A stretch of 34,765 bases of DNA, from positions 1 through 34,765 of the forward strand of contig DAOTAV010000001.1 of assembly GCA_035382785.1 (NCBI GenBank), given 5' to 3'. The number at the start of each line of letters is the position of its first letter. The stretch's first letter is position 1. The translations under genes were made by a program, and so were the position numbers. Positions 27,545 through 34,765 of the stretch are shown here, piece after piece. The stretch is from Salinivirgaceae bacterium (lineage in GTDB: Bacteria; Bacteroidota; Bacteroidia; Bacteroidales; Salinivirgaceae). The notes beneath the pieces were generated by a model, which saw only the letters and a list, made by a program, of their open reading frames with translations, ran no database searches and was not told the origin of the DNA.

Positions 27545-28735
27545 ATGAATACAAACTATCCTATTATACGCATCAAAAAAGGAAAAGAAAACGCCGTAAA
27601 ACGTCGTCATCCATGGATCTTTACCGGAGCCATTGGTTCCAAAGATTCAATAAACGATGGTGATTTGGTCAAAGTTGTTTCTGACGATGGAGAATTTTTA
27701 GCCATTGGCCACTACTCCGATGGACCCTCCATTGCCGTGAGAATTATTTCGTTCGATGAAATTGAAATCGAACAAGAATTTTGGAATAATCGATTAGCTG
27801 AAGCCTATATACTCCGACAAGCTATTTTGAAAAATCTACCCGAGACAAACGTCTATCGACTGGTACATGGCGAAGGCGACGGATTGCCGGGGCTTATCAT
27901 CGACATATACAATCAAACAGCAGTTGTTCAATTTCATAGTATAGGTGTTTGGAAAGAACGGGAGAAAATAAAATCCGCGTTAATAAACCTATTGGGCAAA
28001 GATTTAAAAACAATTTATAATAAAAGTGAATCCACGATGCCCAACGCGTACAAAAGCGAAATAATAAATGAATTTTGGATGGGAGCCGACACCAATGGCA
28101 TTGTTTCAGAATATGGATTAAAATTTCTTGTAGATTGGGAAGAAGGCCAAAAAACCGGCTTTTTTATTGATCAACGCGAAAATCGTCGGCTTGTACAACA
28201 ATACTCCGACGGGCGAAAAGTTTGTAACATGTTTGGTTATACAGGCGGATTCTCCGTATATGCCATGGCCGGGAATGCAAAAAGCGTTGATACGGTTGAC
28301 ATTTCCAAATCGGCAGTAGAAAAATCGACACAAAACGTAAATTTAAACTTCCCTAACATTTCATCCCACCGAGCGATTGTGGCTGACGGATTCGATTTTC
28401 TCGACGACTGTTCGAATAACTCCTACGATTTAATTATTCTCGATCCTCCGGCATTCGCTAAACACTATAACACTTTGGAAAATGCGCTAAAAGGCTATCG
28501 ACGGTTGAACCAAATGGCACTGGAGAAAATTTCGCCCGACGGTATATTATTCACCTTTAGCTGTTCACAAGCCGTCAGTGTTCAAGAATTTCGCAAAACC
28601 ATTTTTGTAGCAGCGGCTCGTGCCGGACGGAAAGTGCGGATTCTTCACCAACTGTCACAACCTGCCGATCATCCGATAAATATTTTTCATCCAGAAGGCG
28701 AATATCTAAAAGGACTTGTACTTCACGTGATATAG
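27545..28735 (+). CDS. rlmI: 23S rRNA (cytosine-C5) methyltransferase RlmI-like (PUA + class-I SAM MTase)
   Basis: 396 aa. N-terminal PUA-like region (RRHPWIF), GLPGLIID, SAM-binding FGYTGGFS, DPPAFAK and catalytic-Cys context FSCS. Confidence 0.85.
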   Translation: MNTNYPIIRIKKGKENAVKRRHPWIFTGAIGSKDSINDGDLVKVVSDDGEFLAIGHYSDGPSIAVRIISFDEIEIEQEFWNNRLAEAYILRQAILKNLPETNVYRLVHGEGDGLPGLIIDIYNQTAVVQFHSIGVWKEREKIKSALINLLGKDLKTIYNKSESTMPNAYKSEIINEFWMGADTNGIVSEYGLKFLVDWEEGQKTGFFIDQRENRRLVQQYSDGRKVCNMFGYTGGFSVYAMAGNAKSVDTVDISKSAVEKSTQNVNLNFPNISSHRAIVADGFDFLDDCSNNSYDLIILDPPAFAKHYNTLENALKGYRRLNQMALEKISPDGILFTFSCSQAVSVQEFRKTIFVAAARAGRKVRILHQLSQPADHPINIFHPEGEYLKGLVLHVI

Positions 28736-28738
28736 TTC

Positions 28739-30007
28739 CTAAAGCATCCGGATTATCTCATCACGAGCCGGACCGGTGGAAACGTAGGTGATTGGAACCC
28801 CAATGGTTTTCTCAATAAAACTTTTAAATCGGAGCAAATTTTCAGGAAGAGAATCAGATTTTCTTATGTCTCTAATAATGGTTTTCCATCCTGAAAATTC
28901 CACATATACGGGCTCAATGAGTTCTTCAATACTAAAGGGCACGCGATCCGTGTTTTGATTGTTTACCTTATAATGCGTACACACTCGAATAGTATCGAAT
29001 GAATCCAACACATCGGCTTTGGTTAAAATGATTTGTGTGACTCCACTGAGCATGACCGAATATTTCAAAGCAACCAAATCGAGCCAACCACACCGACGAG
29101 GACGTCCGGTTGTACTACCATATTCATGGCCAATTTCTCGTAGTCTTTGTCCCACTTCATTGGTTAATTCTGTAGGGAAAGGCCCCCCTCCTACTCTAGT
29201 GCAATATGCCTTTACGATTCCGATTACTTCACCAATCATCGACGGGGGAACGCCCATTCCTGTACAAGCCCCCCCGCAAATGGTGTTTGAAGAAGTAACG
29301 TATGGATAGGAACCAAAATCGATATCAAGCATTGCCCCCTGCGCACCTTCAGCTAAAATCTTTTTGTCTTCATACGCTAATCGGTTGATTTCATATTCCG
29401 AATCGATAAATTCGAACTGTTTAAGTTTTTCAATCGAAGCAAAAAAATCAGCTTCACGCTTTTCAAGGTCGTAAGTGTCTTTTACATTGCTCAGTAAATG
29501 TTCGTATTTGGCTCGAGCATTCCGGTAAATTTCTTCGATTTTTCCCGATTCAATATCACCAACCCGTATTCCATCACGACCAATTTTATCGCGATATGCA
29601 GGTCCAATTCCTTTCAATGTACTTCCGATTTTTGCTTCCCCTTTACTAGCTTCACTAACAGCATCCAAGAGCGGATGAAAGGGTAGAATCAAATGTGCCT
29701 TCCGGCTGATTTTTAGTGTTTCATACGGACGAATGCCGGAATTTTCTAATCCTTCAATTTCTCTTCTAAAAATCACAGGATCAAGAACAACACCATTGGC
29801 AATGATATTCAGTTTTCCTGGATGAAAAATTCCGGATGGAATTAAATGTAAAATATGTTTTTTCCCCTCAAACTCCAAAGAATGTCCTGCATTGGGGCCA
29901 CCCTGGAATCTCACCACAACATCATAATTGGGTGTTAATACATCCACACCTTTTCCCTTACCTTCATCTCCCCATTGAAGACCAAGTAATACATCTATTT
30001 TTCTCAT
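28739..30007 (-). CDS. purA: Adenylosuccinate synthase
   Basis: GLQWGDEGKGK P-loop, GPNAGH, GTTGRPRRCGWLD and KLDVLD-like ADVLD. 422 aa. Confidence 0.97.
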   Translation of the reverse strand: MRKIDVLLGLQWGDEGKGKGVDVLTPNYDVVVRFQGGPNAGHSLEFEGKKHILHLIPSGIFHPGKLNIIANGVVLDPVIFRREIEGLENSGIRPYETLKISRKAHLILPFHPLLDAVSEASKGEAKIGSTLKGIGPAYRDKIGRDGIRVGDIESGKIEEIYRNARAKYEHLLSNVKDTYDLEKREADFFASIEKLKQFEFIDSEYEINRLAYEDKKILAEGAQGAMLDIDFGSYPYVTSSNTICGGACTGMGVPPSMIGEVIGIVKAYCTRVGGGPFPTELTNEVGQRLREIGHEYGSTTGRPRRCGWLDLVALKYSVMLSGVTQIILTKADVLDSFDTIRVCTHYKVNNQNTDRVPFSIEELIEPVYVEFSGWKTIIRDIRKSDSLPENLLRFKSFIEKTIGVPITYVSTGPARDEIIRML

Positions 30008-30060
30008 TCAGTGATTTATAATTAAAACTCCGTTTTCTGTATTTTCTGCTTCGAAAATAC

Positions 30061-30083
30061 AAAAAAATCTTTCTGCCGGAAAG
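30061..30083 (-). terminator. Weak candidate rho-independent terminator for the 30106..31230 gene
   Basis: The minus strand reads CTTTC-cggca-GAAAG followed by A-T7. The stem is only 5 bp and AT-rich, so confidence is low. Confidence 0.3.
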
Positions 30084-30105
30084 TCAAAACGTAAATATTA
30101 ACTGA

Positions 30106-31230
30106 TTACCTCGAATAAAACGTAATACCTAATCCCAAAGTGACGAATAACGGTAAATCTTTCACCGGTGGCAGAATAAATAGCGAAAATTTGGTTGTTG
30201 CCGGTGGTGCTAATCTACTCATAGTTGCCGAAAAATTGGAAAACTCTAAATCAAAACCAAACCCTCCGCCACTAAATGAGGCTGTTGTATTAAAATCATC
30301 GGTAGTGGTAGTCATGGGATAAGGAGATTGCATTTCTACTGTAGTTTTAGTAGAACTCATGTTAAGGATTAAAGACGGACGGTATTTAAACGTTAGAGCA
30401 ATACCTTTCCAGTTGCCTTCATCAATAAATTTTCCTAAACCAATGGTGTATCCTAAAGTCCCATATATAGGAAACGAGGTATTAAGTGTTGAAAGATTTA
30501 TTTTTACCAACGATTCATTAGTTTCAAATGAGTAATAATATACCAACATATCATACCCAAATCCATAACAGAAATTATTCCATGTAGATAGTCCTGTTTT
30601 GAATGTTGGAATTTTTAAATTATACCATGTATAAGATACTGAAACGCCTCCACCATAACCATTGACTTCCATGTTATCAAAATCTTGTAATTTTAAATTA
30701 AAATAGGTGCCCGATAAAAGAATTGATTCACTCTTAATCTTCCCTCCACGTCTAAGCCACTCTTGCCGAATGTTTTCTGATGGGTCGGCTTTTTCAACCA
30801 CAAAACCAAATCCATCCTTAGCATTGACGGTAATAGCCATGTTTGGATCTACCGGACGTCTGACAACCTTTTCATCTAATCCAAGCTCTTTCCCTTCAAC
30901 TAATTTTATGGAAACATATTTTGGATCAAATCCAACTTCAAAGACATAATTTTCATTCGGACGAGCCTTCAATGAATATTCATTTATTCCACGGGATTGA
31001 GTTGCAACCTTGATTTTTATGGGCTCAGAAAAGTCGTGTTCGATTTCAACCCCCAGTTCAGCATTAGGTTTTAAGGTTAAATTAATATCCTTTAACGATA
31101 TGAGGATTACTGCGTTTTTTATTCTTTCTTTCGTCTGAGGATGATCAACTCTTTTAAATTTGATAGTTACCGCACTTTCAGCGGAGGTCATGTAAAAAAG
31201 AATGATGGTGAAGAGAAAAATACGTTTCAT
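30106..31230 (-). CDS. Hypothetical secreted protein, putative outer-membrane beta-barrel
   Basis: 374 aa. Signal peptide MKRIFLFTIILFYMTSAESA. The C-terminal half is rich in alternating aromatic/Gly beta-strand-like segments (GYGGGVSVSYTWYNL, FCYGFGYDMLVYYYSF, GGGFGFDLEFSNF, LGLGITFYSR). I recognise no family. Confidence 0.5.
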   Translation of the reverse strand: MKRIFLFTIILFYMTSAESAVTIKFKRVDHPQTKERIKNAVILISLKDINLTLKPNAELGVEIEHDFSEPIKIKVATQSRGINEYSLKARPNENYVFEVGFDPKYVSIKLVEGKELGLDEKVVRRPVDPNMAITVNAKDGFGFVVEKADPSENIRQEWLRRGGKIKSESILLSGTYFNLKLQDFDNMEVNGYGGGVSVSYTWYNLKIPTFKTGLSTWNNFCYGFGYDMLVYYYSFETNESLVKINLSTLNTSFPIYGTLGYTIGLGKFIDEGNWKGIALTFKYRPSLILNMSSTKTTVEMQSPYPMTTTTDDFNTTASFSGGGFGFDLEFSNFSATMSRLAPPATTKFSLFILPPVKDLPLFVTLGLGITFYSR

Positions 31231-31277
31231 GTCAATTTGATTTTGGTTAGATTTTTATATAAAGGTACATCATAATC

Positions 31278-31400
31278 TTTCATTAGTCAAATTTTCACAC
31301 AAATATCTTACAATAAAAACAATCGAATTACAATATTGATTATCATGATATTAAAAGGCTATTCGTCGTCAAGAATCATCATTTCATTAAATTTTCACAC
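31278..31400. repeat. Imperfect direct repeat (TTTCATTA-N0/3-AATTTTCACAC) in a divergent intergenic region
   Basis: TTTCATTA occurs at 31278..31285 and 31382..31389. AATTTTCACAC occurs at 31290..31300 and 31390..31400, exactly 100 bp apart. Confidence 0.6.
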
Positions 31401-31469
31401 TTTGTTAACAAAAAAAAGAAAGCCAAAGTCGTTAAAAATTGTTAAATTAGTAGGTTAAAACATTATTGT

Positions 31470-33482
31470 GTGGGTAAATATGTAAAAAAAATAGTTATAC
31501 TAACGCTTGTTTTTTTATCAGTAAACTCAGTGATTGGGCAAGTTTTAAAGGATATTTCTCCAGAACGTAAGGCTCAATTCGATCAACTCATGAATATGGC
31601 TGATAATGCCAAAACTGCAGGTGATTTGAAAGGTCGTGCACTCAATTTGGCAAAAGCTGCATTCATTGTATGGGAAAGCAACCGTTTGTTCGATGCAGTT
31701 GACCTTTTCCAAGAGGCAGCTGACTTGTTAAAAAAAGTAGGCGATTATCCTAATCTAAGAAGCGTTTACACTAACCTGGGGGTTTTATACTCCGATATGC
31801 AAGATATTGATAAAGCCAGGAATTATTTTGATTTAAGTCTTGAAATAAGTCGAACATTGGGGCAAAACGAGCAGATTGCCTCCGGAATCATTGACATTGC
31901 ATACATATTAGCAGCCTTAGGCAAATACGATGAATCAAATGGAAAATTGACTGAAGCCCTGCAAATCGCCACTATGCTTAATAATCAAAAACTATTGCTA
32001 AACATCTATGGGTTGATGGCTTCCAATTATCGGCTAATGGGCGATAAAAACAAAGCAAGCGAATACGAAAACAAATATAACGCCCTCTACACCAAAACCC
32101 AGGAAGACTTGGTTAAACGGGATTATGAACAACGCGAAGTAAAGAGTCTTGCGGAAATATCAAGAACACGAGAACAACAACGGTTACAGGAATTGGAACT
32201 AAACCTTAAAAAATTAATGCTACAATCGGCACAAGATAGCTTAAGCATTGCAATGGAAGAGACCCGCCAAAAACAACTAAGAATTCAATTACTGGAGCAG
32301 GAGAACGAACTTCGACAAGCAAAACTTATAGCACAGGAGTTAAAACAGCGGGAAGCTGATGCCCTTCTAAAACATCAACAGGCAATGCAACAACAGCAGC
32401 GTATAATTCTTATTTTTACCGTTACTCTATTGATTGTTTTTCTGATATTTGGGATTTTCCTATACCGTAGAAATGTAGAAAGACGTCGTATCAATCAACA
32501 ACTTGAATTGCAAAACAAAGAAATATTAGAAAAAAGCGAAGAACTAGCCACGGCGTTAACTAAGATTGAGAAGCAGAACAATCAAATCATGCAAAGTATC
32601 AACTATGCAAAAGGAATTCAGCAAGCCATGGTTCCACCACCGGAATCTCTCAAGGCTTTCTTTCCCGAATCTTTTGTCTTCTGGCAACCACGCGATGTTG
32701 TTAGTGGCGACTTCTATTGGTTTAAACCCATAGACAGCAAATTCGACCTCAAGAAAATTTTTCATTACGAGCGAACGATAATCTCAAGAAACGATAACTA
32801 TGAAAAAATCAGAGAAACCGACCGATTACTGATCGCCGCCGTTGACTGTACCGGTCACGGTGTGCCCGGAGCATTTATGTCGATGATTGCCAACAATATT
32901 TTGGAGGAAATCACCAATAAAGGCATTTCCCGTCCAGAAATGATTCTAGAACAACTTCACTTTGGAGTGCAAACAGCTCTTAAGCAAAACGTTACAGGTA
33001 ATAAAGACGGTATGGACATTGCCCTATGCTTAGTGGATAAAAAAAGCAAAAAACTGGTTTATGCCGGCGCCAATAACCCGTTGATTTATATCAAAAACGG
33101 AGAAATATTCCACATTAAAGGAACCGCTGCACCAATCGGAGGGGCGCAAAACACAATTTCAAACTATGAAACCCATGAAATCCCTCTCGATGAACCTGCA
33201 GTCTTCTACATCTTTTCCGACGGTTTTGTAGATCAATTCGGAGGTCCCGATGGGAGAAAATTTATGATTAAAAAGTTTAGGGAACTGCTATTCGAAATTC
33301 ACCAGTTGCCGTTCTCCGAACAGGAAAATCTTCTCAGGGTTACATTCGAAGGATGGAAAGGAGATCGATACCAACAAATTGACGACGTGCTGGTTATCGG
33401 ATTTAAAATCGATTTTAATGAAAATGCCCAGGAACATTTGGAAGAACAGAGCATAATTCCTCAACAAAATCAAATCTTTTAA
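31470..33482 (+). CDS. TPR-repeat sensor protein with coiled coil, TM segment and C-terminal SpoIIE/PP2C-type serine phosphatase domain
   Basis: 670 aa with a GTG start. Signal/anchor KIVILTLVFLSVNSVIGQ, TPR-like repeats (residues about 40-210), a Q/E-rich coiled coil, TM IILIFTVTLLIVFLIFGIFLY, then PP2C motifs DVVSGDFYWF, AAVDCTGHGVPGAFMSM, GMDIALC and FSDGFVDQ. Confidence 0.85.
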   Translation: MGKYVKKIVILTLVFLSVNSVIGQVLKDISPERKAQFDQLMNMADNAKTAGDLKGRALNLAKAAFIVWESNRLFDAVDLFQEAADLLKKVGDYPNLRSVYTNLGVLYSDMQDIDKARNYFDLSLEISRTLGQNEQIASGIIDIAYILAALGKYDESNGKLTEALQIATMLNNQKLLLNIYGLMASNYRLMGDKNKASEYENKYNALYTKTQEDLVKRDYEQREVKSLAEISRTREQQRLQELELNLKKLMLQSAQDSLSIAMEETRQKQLRIQLLEQENELRQAKLIAQELKQREADALLKHQQAMQQQQRIILIFTVTLLIVFLIFGIFLYRRNVERRRINQQLELQNKEILEKSEELATALTKIEKQNNQIMQSINYAKGIQQAMVPPPESLKAFFPESFVFWQPRDVVSGDFYWFKPIDSKFDLKKIFHYERTIISRNDNYEKIRETDRLLIAAVDCTGHGVPGAFMSMIANNILEEITNKGISRPEMILEQLHFGVQTALKQNVTGNKDGMDIALCLVDKKSKKLVYAGANNPLIYIKNGEIFHIKGTAAPIGGAQNTISNYETHEIPLDEPAVFYIFSDGFVDQFGGPDGRKFMIKKFRELLFEIHQLPFSEQENLLRVTFEGWKGDRYQQIDDVLVIGFKIDFNENAQEHLEEQSIIPQQNQIF

Positions 33483-33585
33483 ACAAATTATTGCTTCCAA
33501 TGTTTCATAAATGTAACTACTTACAACACTATTTTACTAAAAAAAACGTATCTTTAAACGCTGTTAAACACCTAAATTCAAAAAC

Positions 33586-34209
33586 ATGAAAAAGTTAATC
33601 TTCACCCTTGCAGGACTTGTTGCATTCGTAAGCATCATAGCCCAACCGGTATCCGACAATGCAGTTATACCGGTATCTGTAACCCTCAACTCAATACTCC
33701 GCTTAAATGTTGTTTCCGGCGGAAACATTGAGTTCGTTGTTAACACATTGGATCAATACGAAAATGGGATCGCTAATACTACCCGTTACACAACAACATT
33801 TACAGTGGCTTCATCTATCGACTTTGATGTTGACCTCTATGCACAAGATGCCCAACTTATAGGTTCCGGTAGTTCTTCAAACACAATGCCGTTAAATAAC
33901 ATAGGATATGTTCTTGAAGCAACTGGAACCGGAACGGTTAGTGCTACTGGAAATTATTCGCTTGCAGGAGGTAACGTTTCTCCATCTGCTTTACAAGCTC
34001 TTAGTAGTTCTATTACTGAAATTATAAGTAGCATTCCTGTTCCCGCAGGAGCTGGTGGAGCAGGAGATGTTAATCAAAACCGATTTGAAATTCAATGGGA
34101 GCTTGGAACTCAAACACCCCCCTTAAACTCAACATCATTGCTGCGTCAAAGTTTAACGGCTGACCGTTATACTACCAACGTTTTTCTTGTTTTGAGACCC
34201 CGTGAATAG
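33586..34209 (+). CDS. Secreted protein of unknown function (S/T/G/N-rich; possible surface-fibre subunit)
   Basis: 207 aa. Signal peptide MKKLIFTLAGLVAFVSIIAQ, no Cys, beta-strand-like C-terminus DRYTTNVFLVLRP. Paralogous to the next ORF through collinear shared motifs (see findings). Confidence 0.6.
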   Translation: MKKLIFTLAGLVAFVSIIAQPVSDNAVIPVSVTLNSILRLNVVSGGNIEFVVNTLDQYENGIANTTRYTTTFTVASSIDFDVDLYAQDAQLIGSGSSSNTMPLNNIGYVLEATGTGTVSATGNYSLAGGNVSPSALQALSSSITEIISSIPVPAGAGGAGDVNQNRFEIQWELGTQTPPLNSTSLLRQSLTADRYTTNVFLVLRPRE

Positions 34210-34214
34210 ATTTA

Positions 34215-34240
34215 TAGCCTGCCTCAGAAGGGGCAGGTTA
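34215..34240 (+). terminator. GC-rich hairpin between the two secreted-protein genes (possible partial terminator/attenuator)
   Basis: CCTGCCTC-agaa-GGGGCAGG (34218..34237) is an 8-bp stem with one G.U pair, extendable by 2-3 outer A-T/G.U pairs. It starts 6 nt after the stop and is followed by a T-rich but interrupted tract, TTATTCATCTTTA. Confidence 0.4.
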
Positions 34241-34259
34241 TTCATCTTTACCTAAGCCT

Positions 34260-34765
34260 ATGTTCCGAAAAAAACTTTGGATAACTTTGTTTTATACTTT
34301 TGTCATTCTCCCATTTGCATTGTCGGCGCAAAACAATGTCACATCAAGAATTTACATTGTTCGGGGGTCGAATGTGGTATTTAATTTTAGCAACTACAGT
34401 CGATATGCCAATGGAGTGTCGTTGGAACGATTTACTCATTTGAGACTCTATTTTAACGATACCATCACCGGGGGGATTCCGAATCCTTCCGGAACCGGAT
34501 GGGCATTAAAAGTTCGCTCAGTACAAAACAATATTTCCGGAGATATGTGGGGAAATGTTCTGAGCCTTAGCACTATTCAAATTAGAGCTCATTACAACGG
34601 TTCGGATTTCGGACCTTTTACATTGACCAACATAGATCAAACAATCGTAACAGGACCGGATTTACTGTCTTTTAACGGCATCGTTGAAATTAGTTATGAC
34701 TGTGGGACATTGCCAACTAATAACTTAATCAACCAATTGCCCGATGTTTACTTGCTAGATCTTGA
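34260..34765 (+). CDS. 5' part of a secreted protein, paralog of the preceding gene; continues beyond the window
   Basis: Not in the ORF track because no stop is reached. ATG at 34260 is followed by 168 sense codons to the window end. Signal peptide MFRKKLWITLFYTFVILPFALSAQ. Shares GxN[IV]xF...YxNG[IV] and [FV]EIx[WY][ED]xGT motifs with the 33586..34209 product. Confidence 0.6.
   Translation, partial: MFRKKLWITLFYTFVILPFALSAQNNVTSRIYIVRGSNVVFNFSNYSRYANGVSLERFTHLRLYFNDTITGGIPNPSGTGWALKVRSVQNNISGDMWGNVLSLSTIQIRAHYNGSDFGPFTLTNIDQTIVTGPDLLSFNGIVEISYDCGTLPTNNLINQLPDVYLLDL

Noticed and set aside
17584-28735. Reading the nuclease, RNase H, RecQ helicase and exonuclease genes as an anti-phage defence island
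   Set aside because: All are conserved housekeeping families interleaved with ribosomal-protein, folate and rRNA-modification genes. There are no flanking integrases, no repeats, and no obvious compositional break by eye. Nothing resembles known defence-system domain combinations.
31404-31460. GTTAA cores as binding sites for the LytTR regulator encoded at 4884..5597
   Set aside because: The flanking bases fit the published LytTR consensus ([TA][AC][CA]GTTN[AG][TG]) poorly. Start-to-start spacings are 27, 10 and 13 nt, not the roughly 21 nt expected. I mention it under findings only as a repeat, not as a regulator-target link.
1-34765. Search for tRNA/rRNA genes, CRISPR arrays, IS elements, integrases and prophage remnants
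   Set aside because: No non-coding gap exceeds about 240 nt. None shows tRNA-like GC-rich cloverleaf arms or regularly spaced repeats of 25 nt or more. No ORF has transposase or integrase motifs.

Overview
AT-rich, densely packed chromosomal segment, most likely from a member of Bacteroidota. The taxon call rests on two proteins ending in T9SS-type C-terminal sorting domains, TAnnTTTG-type -7 boxes upstream of operons, A-rich leaders without Shine-Dalgarno sequences, and TamB/AsmA-type envelope genes. I can support about 31 protein-coding genes, two of them cut by the window edges.

Gene content, in order:
- A DUF1848 Fe-S protein.
- A minus-strand operon: LytTR response regulator, class-III aminotransferase, fatty-acyl-AMP ligase, carrier-domain/lysophospholipid acyltransferase.
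- A T9SS-secreted S8 peptidase and a small T9SS cargo protein.
- A convergent pair of giant AsmA-superfamily proteins (TamB-like 1474 aa, AsmA-like 1047 aa).
- A TlpA-like thiol-disulfide oxidoreductase.
- A tightly packed plus-strand run: bifunctional nuclease, CNT nucleoside transporter, RNase HI, PabA, PabB.
- Divergent ribosomal-protein operons (rplU-rpmA and rpsF-rpsR-rplI).
- A recQ, DUF5063, DEDDy 3'-5' exonuclease, rlmI operon.
- purA.
- A putative outer-membrane beta-barrel protein.
- A TPR/SpoIIE-type PP2C phosphatase.
- At the right edge, two tandem paralogous secreted proteins of unknown function.

I found no rRNA, tRNA, CRISPR array, transposase or integrase, and no recognisable defence island. 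Most of the window is ordinary housekeeping sequence.

Items most worth a second look:
1. A single in-frame TAA separates the adenylating enzyme from its apparent carrier-domain/acyltransferase partner.
2. The RecQ, DUF5063 and WRN-type exonuclease genes look like a 'split Werner' arrangement.
3. The uncharacterised secreted paralog pair has a GC-rich hairpin between the genes and runs off the window. It could be the start of a surface-fibre or pilus-like locus.

All functional calls come from motif recognition by eye. No database search was run.
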